Positions 47,044-57,445 of a DNA stretch of 64,000 nucleotides are shown here, one piece after another. The notes under the pieces were generated by a model, which worked only from the letters and a program-made list of their open reading frames with translations, did not search any database and was not told the DNA's origin. The translations under genes were made by a program, and so were the position numbers. This DNA comes from an uncultured Chloroflexia bacterium (GTDB taxonomy: Bacteria; Chloroflexota; Limnocylindria; Limnocylindrales; CSP1-4): NCBI GenBank assembly GCA_963713975.1, contig OY970218.1, positions 352,001-416,000 on the forward strand, written 5' to 3'. Position 1 is the stretch's first letter. Each line of letters opens with the position of its first letter.

Positions 47044-48240
47044 TCAGCGGACGGGGTGGCTCGCGGGCTCGGGGTCCCCGGGCACGACGTCGGAGAGATC
47101 CAGGTCAACGGGCAGCGGGCGGGCCAGGACCTCCAGGAGCGCGGGCGGGATCGGGTCCACCGAGTCCCAGTCCACCGGCAGCCGGACCGAGACGTCCTCG
47201 GCCCGGACGGCGGCATCGGCACCACGGCCGCGCGCCGGATCCGCGGTCCATTCCAGGGCCACGGCGCCGGAGGTGAACCCGGCCCCGAACGCCACGAACA
47301 CGATCTTGTCGCCGACCTTCACGCGGCCCTCGTTGACGGCCTCGGCCAGGGCCATGGGCACGGACGCGGCGGAGGTGTTGCCGTAGCGGTCCAGGTTGAC
47401 GTAGATCCTGTCCATCGAGAGCGACAGGCCCTTGGCCACCGCCTCGATGATCCGGATGTTCGCCTGGTGGGGCACGATCAGGTCGACGTCGTCCTGCGTC
47501 CAGCCCGCCTTGCCCACCGCGGCAAGGGCAGTGGAGGCCAGGGTCCGGGTGGCGAAGCGATAGGTCTCCTTGCCCTCCATGCGGATCTTGTGCTCGCCGC
47601 GGGCCACCGTCTCGGCCGACGGCGGGCTCTTGGAGCCGCCCGCGGGCAGCCAGATCATGTAGGCGCCCTGGGGCTCGGTCGTCAGCTCGATGCCGACCGG
47701 CGTCCCCTCCCCCTCGCCGGCGGAGAGCACGACGGCGCCGGCGCCATCCCCGAACAGGATGCAGGTGCCCCGGTCGGTGTAGTCCAGGAACCGGGTCAGG
47801 AGCTCCGCGCCGATGACCAGCGCGTGCTTGGCCATGCCGGCGGAGATGTAGGCACTCGCGGTCGCGTAGGCGTAGACGAAGCCGGAGCAGGCTGCCGCGA
47901 CATCAAAGGCCGGGGCGCGCGTGTTGCCGATGGCCTCCTTCACGAGCGCGGCCGTGGACGGCATCCAGTAGTCCGGTGACAGCGTCGCGAGGATGATGAG
48001 GTCGATGTCCTCGGGCACCAGGCCCGCGGTGTGGATGGCGCGCAGCGAGGCCACGGCGGCCATCGACGCGGTCGTCTCGTCGGCCGCGGCCACCCGCCGT
48101 TCACGGATGCCGGTGCGGGTCACGATCCACTCGTCGGAGGTGTCGACCATGCGCTCCAGGTCCGCGTTGGTCAGGACCTGGGCCGGGGCGTAGCGGCCCC
48201 ACCCGGTCAGGCGGACGGAGCGGGCGGCGGTGTCGGTCAT
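47044..48240 (-). CDS. fabH: Beta-ketoacyl-ACP synthase III
   Basis: AACSGF, PHQAN, YGNTSAAS, FGAGFT; extra C-terminal tail. Confidence 0.94.
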   Translation of the reverse strand: MTDTAARSVRLTGWGRYAPAQVLTNADLERMVDTSDEWIVTRTGIRERRVAAADETTASMAAVASLRAIHTAGLVPEDIDLIILATLSPDYWMPSTAALVKEAIGNTRAPAFDVAAACSGFVYAYATASAYISAGMAKHALVIGAELLTRFLDYTDRGTCILFGDGAGAVVLSAGEGEGTPVGIELTTEPQGAYMIWLPAGGSKSPPSAETVARGEHKIRMEGKETYRFATRTLASTALAAVGKAGWTQDDVDLIVPHQANIRIIEAVAKGLSLSMDRIYVNLDRYGNTSAASVPMALAEAVNEGRVKVGDKIVFVAFGAGFTSGAVALEWTADPARGRGADAAVRAEDVSVRLPVDWDSVDPIPPALLEVLARPLPVDLDLSDVVPGDPEPASHPVR

Positions 48241-48884
48241 GACGGCTCCACCTCGATCAGCGCCTGCTTGGCCTTGACCAGCATGCCGCTGTCCGCGCAC
48301 ACGCGGGTGACGCGACCGCCGAGGTCGCTCTTGATCTCGTTGAACAGCTTCATCGCCTCGATCAGGCCGATGATCTGCCCGACCGCCACGTGGTCGCCGA
48401 CCGAGACATAGGCCGTGGCGCCGGGCGACGGAGCGCTGTAGAAGATGCCGGTCAAGGGTGCCTTGACGGAAGGCTTCGCAGCCGGAGCGGCGCCCGGCAC
48501 GGCGGCGCCCGTGGGAGAGGCATCGGTCGGGATCGGGGCGGGCGCGCCGTCCGACGCGACCGGACCCGGCTCCACGGCGACCGGGATCGAGGCCGGTCGC
48601 TCGATGGCGGCAGGCGAGCGGAGGATGATCGTGGTACCGCCCGTCGCGACCTCCAGCTCGCCGAGATCGCTCCTCTCGAGCAGCGCTGTCAGGCGGTCCA
48701 CCAGCGCCAGCAGCGACAGGTCCGCGTCGTCGGGCAGCGCACCGGACGCCGGGTCTCCCGGGCCGACGGCCACGGGCTCCACGAGATGCGGTGTCTCCAC
48801 GAGATCGGCTGCCTCCACGATGCCGGGCTCCGTCATCGGCGGGTCCTCCGCTGGCTGCTGGGGCTCCGTTCCATCCGCGTTCAT
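48237..48884 (-). CDS. accB: Acetyl-CoA carboxylase biotin carboxyl carrier protein
   Basis: APLTGIFYSAPSP thumb and EAMKL biotinylation motif; ATGA overlap with fabF. Confidence 0.9.
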   Translation of the reverse strand: MNADGTEPQQPAEDPPMTEPGIVEAADLVETPHLVEPVAVGPGDPASGALPDDADLSLLALVDRLTALLERSDLGELEVATGGTTIILRSPAAIERPASIPVAVEPGPVASDGAPAPIPTDASPTGAAVPGAAPAAKPSVKAPLTGIFYSAPSPGATAYVSVGDHVAVGQIIGLIEAMKLFNEIKSDLGGRVTRVCADSGMLVKAKQALIEVEPS

Positions 48885-50152
48885 CCGTCCCACCGCCGGA
48901 ACACGAGCGCCGTGTTCTGGCCGCCGAACCCGAACGAGTTGGACATCGCCACCCGCAGCGGCCGCCTGGTGGGGATACCTGGCGTCAGGTCGAGCCCGGC
49001 CGCCAGGGGATCCGGGTCCTCGAGATTCAGGGTCGGCGGTACGCACCCGTCGCGCAGGGCACTGATCGTGGCGATGGCCTCGATCGCGCCGGCGGCACCG
49101 AGCGTGTGCCCGATCATGGACTTGTTGGCCGTGACCGAGACCTTTGGCGCATGGTCGCCGAAGATGGTGCGGAGCGCCTGGAGCTCGGCCTTGTCGCCCT
49201 CCGGCGTGGACGTCGCGTGGGCGTTGACGTGGTCCACCTCGGCCGGGTCGATGGCCGCCTTCTCGAGCGCTCGGCGGGCCGCCCGAACGGCGCCGATCCC
49301 GCCCGGGGCCGGCAGCGTGATGTGCGACGCATCGGCCGTGGCCCCGTAGCCCACGAGCTCCGCCAGGGGCGCCGCGCCGCGGGCCTCCGCGTGCTCGAGC
49401 GCCTCCAGGATGAGCGCCCCGCCGCCCTCGCCCACCACGAACCCGTCGCGGCCCGTGTCGAACGGGCGCGAGGCTCGCTCGGGCTCGTCGTTGCGCGTGG
49501 AGAGGGCCTTCATCGACGCGAAGCCGCCCACGGTCGCCTCGTGGATGCTGGCCTCAACGCCGCCCGCGATCATGATGTCGGCATCGCCGCGCCGGATCGT
49601 CTCCCAGGCCTCACCAAGCGCATGCCCACCCGTCGCGCACGCGGAGACCGTGGCGAAGTTGGGGCCGAGCGCACCGCATGCGATGGCGATCTGGCCGGCT
49701 GCGACGTTGGCGATGCCCATGGGGATGAAGAACGGCGAGATCCGGTCCGGACCCCGCTCCCCCATCAGCAGCACGTTGTCGAACAGGGTGGCCACGCCAC
49801 CCAGTCCCGAGCCCATGATCACGCCGGTCCGGGCGGCGATCTCGTCGTCCAGGCGGCCGGGTAGGCCGGACTCGTCCAGGGCCTGGCGCGCGCACACCAG
49901 CGCGAACTGGATGTAGCGGTCCGTGCGCCGCATCTCCTTGCGATCCAGGATGCCCGACGGGTCGAAGTCCTTGACCTCGGCCGCCACGCGACTCGCGACA
50001 CGCGACGGATCGAAGCGGGTGATCGTCGCGATGCCGGAGCGACCTTCCACCAGGCCTGCCCACGTCGTCGCAACGTCCTGGCCGAGCGCCGTGACGGCGC
50101 CCATGCCGGTGACAACGACGCGGCGCGGGTGATCCGGCCAGCTCCACCTCAT
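48881..50152 (-). CDS. fabF: Beta-ketoacyl-ACP synthase II
   Basis: VVVTGMG, SACATG, NAHATST, GHTLGAAG, SNSFGFGG. Confidence 0.95.
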   Translation of the reverse strand: MRWSWPDHPRRVVVTGMGAVTALGQDVATTWAGLVEGRSGIATITRFDPSRVASRVAAEVKDFDPSGILDRKEMRRTDRYIQFALVCARQALDESGLPGRLDDEIAARTGVIMGSGLGGVATLFDNVLLMGERGPDRISPFFIPMGIANVAAGQIAIACGALGPNFATVSACATGGHALGEAWETIRRGDADIMIAGGVEASIHEATVGGFASMKALSTRNDEPERASRPFDTGRDGFVVGEGGGALILEALEHAEARGAAPLAELVGYGATADASHITLPAPGGIGAVRAARRALEKAAIDPAEVDHVNAHATSTPEGDKAELQALRTIFGDHAPKVSVTANKSMIGHTLGAAGAIEAIATISALRDGCVPPTLNLEDPDPLAAGLDLTPGIPTRRPLRVAMSNSFGFGGQNTALVFRRWDG

Positions 50153-50895
50153 CGGACGAGCTTCCCCGTGCGCACCGTCGCCGCCCGGTAGACGTCGCCC
50201 GGCAGTCCTCGCTCGGAGATGGCGTTGGCGACGCCCAGGACATCGAACTCGGTACGGCGGATCTCGGCGGTCACGACCCCGTCATCGATGGAAACCATCG
50301 CCCACGACGCGGTTGGGTCCCCATCGAACACGTAGCCCGCGGACCCGGCATTGACGATGACCTTCCAGCCCAGGTCCCGCACCTCGGGGACGTGGGTGTG
50401 GCCGACGCAGATCACCCGGGCATCGGTCGCGGCCGCGCGCTCGAAGATGATGTTGGCGTCGAGCGCCTGGTCGAACCCCCGGGTCTGCGATCCCGGCGAG
50501 GCATGCACGACCAGAACCAGCGTGTCGTCCGGGGTCCGCAGCCGGCGCTCAGCCGGCAGGCGTCGCAGCCAGTCCAGCTGCTCGTCCCCAAGCTCATCGT
50601 GCGCCCACTCGGTCGCGACGCTCACCATCTCCGGGACACCATCCTGGTACTGGGGGAACGCCGACCCGTAGTCGAAGTCCCCGACGGCGATGTCCGTGTT
50701 CCCCGAGACGATCAGCCCGCCCTCGGACTCCAGCACCCGCAGGGCGTCGATGGAGCCGTTGGGATCGGGGCCGTTGAGCACGAGGTCACCGGCCACCAGC
50801 ACCGCATCCGGACGCTCACGGCGGATCTCGGCCAGCACCGCCTCGAGGGCGACCCGGTTGCCGTGGATGTCCGACAGGAGGGCGATCCGCATCAC
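50149..50895 (-). CDS. Metallophosphoesterase (YfcE/calcineurin-like)
   Basis: SDIHGN, AGDLV, GNTD, VHASP, GHTH, NAGS. Confidence 0.9.
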   Translation of the reverse strand: MMRIALLSDIHGNRVALEAVLAEIRRERPDAVLVAGDLVLNGPDPNGSIDALRVLESEGGLIVSGNTDIAVGDFDYGSAFPQYQDGVPEMVSVATEWAHDELGDEQLDWLRRLPAERRLRTPDDTLVLVVHASPGSQTRGFDQALDANIIFERAAATDARVICVGHTHVPEVRDLGWKVIVNAGSAGYVFDGDPTASWAMVSIDDGVVTAEIRRTEFDVLGVANAISERGLPGDVYRAATVRTGKLVR

Positions 50896-51395
50896 CCGAG
50901 CACCCCGGCGGGCGGGATCACGAACGACAGCAGGCCCTCACAGGCCACCTCCCCGTTCACCGACGCCACGCCCCGACCCTTGCCGAAGCGGCTGCCCAGC
51001 TTCTCCATCGTGATCTCCAGGCGCAGGGTGTCACCCGGCATCACGACGCGCTTGAAGCGGACCTCGTCGATGCCCGCGAACAGCCCCATCCGGTTCCCGA
51101 AGCCCGGCTGGCAGGCGACGTAGCAGGCCATCGTCTGGGCGAGCGCCTCGACCTGGATGACGCCGGGCATGACCGGCAGGCCCGGGAAGTGGCCCTGGAA
51201 GAACCACTCGGTGGCGGTCACGGCCTTGATGCCCACGATCCGCTTCTCGGCGGGCTCGTACTCGACGATCCGGTCGACGAGCAGGAACGGCCAGCGGTGC
51301 GGGATCAGGCCCTCGATGACCTTGACCGAGAAGGGTGCCGCGGGCGATGGGATCGCGTCGGGCGTGACGTCGGGGGTGAGGTTGGCGTCGCTCAT
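50892..51395 (-). CDS. fabZ: 3-hydroxyacyl-ACP dehydratase
   Basis: PHRWPFLLVD, FQGHFPG.PVMPGV..EALAQ. Confidence 0.95.
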   Translation of the reverse strand: MSDANLTPDVTPDAIPSPAAPFSVKVIEGLIPHRWPFLLVDRIVEYEPAEKRIVGIKAVTATEWFFQGHFPGLPVMPGVIQVEALAQTMACYVACQPGFGNRMGLFAGIDEVRFKRVVMPGDTLRLEITMEKLGSRFGKGRGVASVNGEVACEGLLSFVIPPAGVLG

Positions 51396-51508
51396 GGGGC
51401 AGCTCCAGGGGGATCAGCGAGAAGGGTGGCGGCTGGCGGCCGACGCGCCCGGGGGCTTGCGTGCAGCCCTGCACGCGGGACTCGGCACCGGAGGCCGGAC
51501 CGCGGCCC

Positions 51509-52879
<1,371 letters not shown>

Positions 52880-52880
52880 C

Positions 52881-53420
52881 TCAAGCCTCCCCGGCCACGG
52901 CGGGATCGTCGGGCAGTACCAGCGGCTCCTGGATGGCCGCGACCTGCTCGCCGTACTCCACGGCGTCCCCGGTCTCCACGAGCACCTCGACCAGGATGCC
53001 GTCGATGGGCGCGACCACGTCCTGCGGGATGCCCAGCAGGTCCACAACGGCGATGCGGTCGCCCGAGCGCACCCGGCTGCCGACCTGCGCGATGGCGCGG
53101 AACTGGCCGACGGACGGCGAGGTCGCGATGGCCCGGTGCGGGTCCGGCGCGACGGCGACCAGGGGCGCGGCCACGGTGGACCGTGCAGGGGCGAGGACAC
53201 CGGGTCGCGACCGCTCACGACGGGTGACGACCGAGGCGCCCGCGGGGCGGCGGAGCCGGATGGCCCAGTCCCCTTCCCGGACCTCAAGCTCGCCGAGCCC
53301 GGAGCCGTTCAGCTTCTCGACCAGGGCAGGCAGGAGCGTCTCCGACAGACGGGCGAGACCGGCATGGTCGGCCTGGCGCTGGGCCGGGCTGCGATCGCTC
53401 GTGCGGTGCGGTTCGGGCAT
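52881..53420 (-). CDS. BCCP-like protein lacking the biotinylation lysine (BADC-like)
   Basis: BCCP N-terminal GLGELEV motif and biotinyl-fold pattern SPSVG..VEYGE, but VDLLGI instead of IEAMKL. Confidence 0.82.
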   Translation of the reverse strand: MPEPHRTSDRSPAQRQADHAGLARLSETLLPALVEKLNGSGLGELEVREGDWAIRLRRPAGASVVTRRERSRPGVLAPARSTVAAPLVAVAPDPHRAIATSPSVGQFRAIAQVGSRVRSGDRIAVVDLLGIPQDVVAPIDGILVEVLVETGDAVEYGEQVAAIQEPLVLPDDPAVAGEA

Positions 53421-53423
53421 CGG

Positions 53424-54455
53424 CTAGACGTCCTCACGGGCGGGTGGTTCCTGGCGACGCCCGACGGGGAGCGGCGCGGGCATGGCGCGCTGGCCGGCTT
53501 CGATCAGCCCCCGCAGTCGGTCCGCAAGACCGGTCCTGGGGGGCACGGGCGGGATGGCTGACGGCACGGCGATCTCGCCGAATGCGCCGAAGGCACGGTA
53601 CCGGCGATATCGCTGCTCCACCAGCACGTCCACGGGAATGGCCGTCAGGCGGTCAAGCTCGCGGACGATGACCGCCTTCAGGCGGGCTCCGGTCTCGGCC
53701 GGATCCGTGTGGGCGCCGTCCGGCGGTTCCGCGATGACCTCGTCGACGACGCCCAGCTCCAGCTGGTCCTGGACGCTCATCCGCATGGCCAGGGCGGCCG
53801 TGGCCGCCTCGTCGGTCGTGCGCCACAGGATGCTGGCACAGCCCTCCGGGGTGATCACGGAGTACACCGCGTTCTCGAGGGCAAGGACCACGTCGCCCAC
53901 CGCGATGGCCAGGGCCCCACCGGAGCCGCCCTCGCCGGTGATCACGGCCACGATGGGCGTGCGGAGACGGGTCATCAGGCCCACCGAGCGGGCGATCGCC
54001 TCCGCGATGCCCCGCTCCTCGGACTCGGGGCCCGGGTGCGCCCCGGGCACGTCCACGAACGTCACGACCGGCAGGCCGGACCGTTCCGCCAGCTCCATGA
54101 CCCGCATTGCCTTGCGGTAGCCCTCGGGATGCGGCATGCCGAAGTTGCGGCGGACGTTCTCCTCGGTGTCCGTGCCCTTCTGCTGGCCGATGACGGCGAC
54201 GCGGTGGCCGCCGATGATCGCGAAGCCCGCGACGATCGCCTCGTCGTCGCCGAACAGCCGGTCCCCGTGGAGCTCCACGAACTCGTCGGCCATCGAATCG
54301 ACCAGCTCCAGCGTCCGCGGGCGGCGGAGGTTGCGCGCCAGCTGGATCCGGCCCCACACGACGGCCTTGCGGTCGACGGGCGGCTCGGGATCGGGGGCGG
54401 CACCGGCCTCCGCGTTCTCCGGGTCCCGCCCGCGTCCCAGGATCCGCTCAACCAC
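53424..54455 (-). CDS. accA: Acetyl-CoA carboxylase carboxyltransferase alpha
   Basis: ELHGDR, RNFGMPHPEGYRKA, GEGGSGGAL, YSVITPEGCASILW. Confidence 0.95.
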   Translation of the reverse strand: MVERILGRGRDPENAEAGAAPDPEPPVDRKAVVWGRIQLARNLRRPRTLELVDSMADEFVELHGDRLFGDDEAIVAGFAIIGGHRVAVIGQQKGTDTEENVRRNFGMPHPEGYRKAMRVMELAERSGLPVVTFVDVPGAHPGPESEERGIAEAIARSVGLMTRLRTPIVAVITGEGGSGGALAIAVGDVVLALENAVYSVITPEGCASILWRTTDEAATAALAMRMSVQDQLELGVVDEVIAEPPDGAHTDPAETGARLKAVIVRELDRLTAIPVDVLVEQRYRRYRAFGAFGEIAVPSAIPPVPPRTGLADRLRGLIEAGQRAMPAPLPVGRRQEPPAREDV

Positions 54456-55299
54456 GGCTCGCCTCCACGGGCTGCGGCGCGAGGTAGCGCAGGATCCGCG
54501 CCAGCTCCTGGCGCAGCTCCGGGCGGGCCACGACCCGGTCCACGAACCCGTGGCGGTAGAGGAACTCCGAGCGCTGGAAGCCCGGAGGCAGCTCGACCCC
54601 GATCGTCCCCGCACCGACGCGCGCGCCGGCGAACCCGATCAGAGCGTTGGGCTCAGCCAGGTTGACGTCGCCCATCGCGGCATAGGAGGCGAACACGCCG
54701 CCCGTCGTCGGATCGGACATCACCGACACGTAGGGGACGCGCGACGCGCGCATCCGCTCCAGCGCGGCCATGGTCTTGGCGAGCTGCATCAGCGCCAGCG
54801 TCCCCTCCTGCATCCGCGCACCGCCCGATGCGGACACGATCACCAGCGGCACCCGCTCCGCGAGCGCGCCCTCTGCGGCCCGCGCGACCTTCTCCCCCAC
54901 GACCGCGCCCATCGATCCCCCCATGAACCCGAAGTCCATGACGAGGATCGCGATCCGCTGGCCCTCGATCCGTCCGTACCCCCAGACGGCAGCATCACGC
55001 ATCCCGGTGGCCAGCTGGGCCGCGGCCACGCGGTCAGGGTAGGGCTTCTGGTCCACGAAGCCCAGCGGGTCCTCGGAGACGAGGCCGGGGTCGCGCTCCT
55101 CGAACGTGCCCCCGTCCAGCAGCTGGCTCAGGCGGACCGGCGCCGGGAGGCGGAAATGATGCCCGCAGGACGGGCAGACGCTCATCGCCTTCTCGAGCTG
55201 CTTGTTGAACAGCTGCTCCTCGCAGCTCGGGCAGCGTGTCCACAGCTTCTCCGGGAACGCGTCCCGGCGGGGTCGGAACTGGGGGAACTTCACGGGCAT
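54448..55299 (-). CDS. accD: Acetyl-CoA carboxylase carboxyltransferase beta
   Basis: CPSC..CPSC Zn finger, FMGGSMG, SGGARMQEG, PTTGGV, GFQRSEF. Confidence 0.95.
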   Translation of the reverse strand: MPVKFPQFRPRRDAFPEKLWTRCPSCEEQLFNKQLEKAMSVCPSCGHHFRLPAPVRLSQLLDGGTFEERDPGLVSEDPLGFVDQKPYPDRVAAAQLATGMRDAAVWGYGRIEGQRIAILVMDFGFMGGSMGAVVGEKVARAAEGALAERVPLVIVSASGGARMQEGTLALMQLAKTMAALERMRASRVPYVSVMSDPTTGGVFASYAAMGDVNLAEPNALIGFAGARVGAGTIGVELPPGFQRSEFLYRHGFVDRVVARPELRQELARILRYLAPQPVEASRG

Positions 55300-55910
55300 C
55301 AGGCGGGCCCTCCGAGGCCGACGCCGGCGAGCGCCGCCGCACGGCGCGCACGAGCGACACGGACGGCTCGACCCATGGCGCCGCCGCCCGAGCGACCGGC
55401 TGGACGGGACGCCCGCCAGGCCACCCACGCGACGCCCGCGATGGAGATGGCGGCGGACGTGATCGCCCCACCGACCAGGAGGGGCCGACGGTCGGCAGAC
55501 CCGACGGTCACGCGCTCCACCGCAGCCGCATCGGATGGATCGAGGTCGCCGCGCAGGATCGCGTCCAGGACGGGGTCGGCTCCGTCCGCGCGCCGGCCGT
55601 TGCCCGGCATCCGGCCGGCCAGCGGGACGACGGCACCCGACGACGCAGCGCCGGCAGCGGCAGCCTGAGATGCGGCGAGCTCGTTGAGGCGCCCGGCGAG
55701 GCGCTCCTCGAACCGGAATGACGGATGGACACGGACCAGCACGCGTCGGAGCACCCGCGCAGCGTCGCGCAGGTCGGGGTCCAGGGCGGCGTCGGCCGGG
55801 GCGTCGAGCGCGTGGCGGTCGCCCGCGGCCAGCAGGTCATCGAGGTAGCGGTCCGCGACCAGGGCATCCACCTCGATGGCGTCGCGGTCAGGCAGTCGCG
55901 GGAGGGTCAC
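55299..55910 (-). CDS. Single-TM hypothetical protein, putative anti-sigma factor
   Basis: GTGA overlap with the ECF sigma stop; PSFRFEERL motif then a C-terminal TM helix. Confidence 0.6.
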   Translation of the reverse strand: MTLPRLPDRDAIEVDALVADRYLDDLLAAGDRHALDAPADAALDPDLRDAARVLRRVLVRVHPSFRFEERLAGRLNELAASQAAAAGAASSGAVVPLAGRMPGNGRRADGADPVLDAILRGDLDPSDAAAVERVTVGSADRRPLLVGGAITSAAISIAGVAWVAWRASRPAGRSGGGAMGRAVRVARARRAAALAGVGLGGPA

Positions 55911-56545
55911 GATCGGGCCCCACGGTCCCGGCCGAGCTCCCGGGCGACGGAGCCGAGGGCGCGGTGGATGAGCACCCGGACGGCGCCTTCCGACCGGCCC
56001 AGGATGCCGGCGATCTCGGCCGTGCTCATCTCGTCCACGAACCGGAGGACCAGGGCACGGCGGCGGTCGTCGGGGAGCGCCTGGAGCGCCCGGAGCGCCT
56101 CGGCGGCCTCGTCCCGGATGACGACCTGGGCCTCGATGTCCTGCGCGTCCTGGAGCGCGAGGCCGGCGCCCAGCGCCACCTCGAGCGAATCCGCGGGGCG
56201 CCGGCGCCGGGATCGCCGCTCGTTGGCCACGACGTTGCGGGCGATGCGGAACAGCCAGACCCGGAACGTGGACGCGTCGGGTCCGTCCTCGGGGCGTGCC
56301 TGCTCGCGGAAACGGGGCAGCGCGGCGAGCGCCCTAAGGAAGGTGCGCTCAGTCGCGTCCTCGGCGGCGTGATGGTCGGCAAGCTCGTAGAGCGCGTAGG
56401 CGTACACCTGGGCCAGGTACTTCCGGTAGAGCGCGTCGAAGTGGGCAGGGTCCCGGCGGGCCGCCTCGACGAGGGAGCGGTCGCGGTCGAGGACAACGAC
56501 CGGGGCCGTCGTCCGCTCACGTCTTCCCAACACCGGTCGTGCCAT
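55907..56545 (-). CDS. ECF-type RNA polymerase sigma factor
   Basis: FDALYRKY..AEDATERTFLRAL, WLFRIARN, LRF..STAEIAGILGRSEGAVRVLIHRA. Confidence 0.92.
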   Translation of the reverse strand: MARPVLGRRERTTAPVVVLDRDRSLVEAARRDPAHFDALYRKYLAQVYAYALYELADHHAAEDATERTFLRALAALPRFREQARPEDGPDASTFRVWLFRIARNVVANERRSRRRRPADSLEVALGAGLALQDAQDIEAQVVIRDEAAEALRALQALPDDRRRALVLRFVDEMSTAEIAGILGRSEGAVRVLIHRALGSVARELGRDRGARS

Positions 56546-56550
56546 CGGCG

Positions 56551-57438
56551 TTACACCCGTCCCGGCGCCAGGCGCACGCGAACGACGTCGCCCGCATGGA
56601 CCCCGCGCTCGCCGCCGGGGGCGGCGGCGTCCTCCACGACCAGCGCGCCCGTCGCGGCGTCGACGCCGAGAGCGGCCACCGGTTCGGCAACGGAGCCGTC
56701 GGCCGCCTCGAGGGCCACGAGCCGGCCGGTCGTCGCCTGCCGGTCCGCCCAGGTGGCGATGTCGAAGTAGCCGGCTCGCAGGCTCTCGACTCGCGCATCG
56801 AGGCGCTCCATGAAGCCCGCGAGCAGGTGGTCGCGGTCGATGGGCCGCCCGCCCGATGCCTCGCGCAGGCTGGTCATGGTCGGGGCGAGGTCGGACGGGA
56901 AGTCGCCGGCCGCCCAGTCCGCGTTGAGCCCGATGCCCACCACAACGCGCGGGTCGTCGGTGCCCAGCGCCTCCGTCTCGCCCAGGACTCCGGCCACCTT
57001 GCGCAACGCGAGGGGCGCCGCCAGGCGTGCCGCCGCCGCCTCGTGGGTCAGATCGCCCACGAGCAGCGCCCTCGGTCCCGCGGTCTCGATCACCAGGTCG
57101 TTGGGCCACTTGAGGCGGAGCGCGCCCACCGGGAGCCCGGCCTCGTCCTCCGCCGCATCGCACATCGCGAGCGCGACGGTGGCGGCGATGCGCCACGCGC
57201 GGTCGGGTGGCAGCCACGCGGGACGGAAGCCCATGGACATCAGCAGCGCCGCACCTGCCGGCGCCGTCCAGGTCCGTCCCAGGCGACCCCGGCCCGCGGT
57301 CTGCTCGTCGGCCACGGCAAGGCACACCTCGGGAACGCCGGCGCCCAGCCACGACCGTACGAGGTCGTTGGTGCTGCCGACCGCCGCGAGACGCTCGACG
57401 CGGCTGAACAGGCTGCTGGCGGCTGCCGCCTCGATCAC
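56551..57438 (-). CDS. birA: Biotin-[acetyl-CoA carboxylase] ligase (no N-terminal HTH)
   Basis: GSTND, QTAGRGRLGRTW, LKWPND, KVAGVL, GIGLN. Confidence 0.92.
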   Translation of the reverse strand: MIEAAAASSLFSRVERLAAVGSTNDLVRSWLGAGVPEVCLAVADEQTAGRGRLGRTWTAPAGAALLMSMGFRPAWLPPDRAWRIAATVALAMCDAAEDEAGLPVGALRLKWPNDLVIETAGPRALLVGDLTHEAAAARLAAPLALRKVAGVLGETEALGTDDPRVVVGIGLNADWAAGDFPSDLAPTMTSLREASGGRPIDRDHLLAGFMERLDARVESLRAGYFDIATWADRQATTGRLVALEAADGSVAEPVAALGVDAATGALVVEDAAAPGGERGVHAGDVVRVRLAPGRV

Positions 57439-57445
57439 CGGGCGA

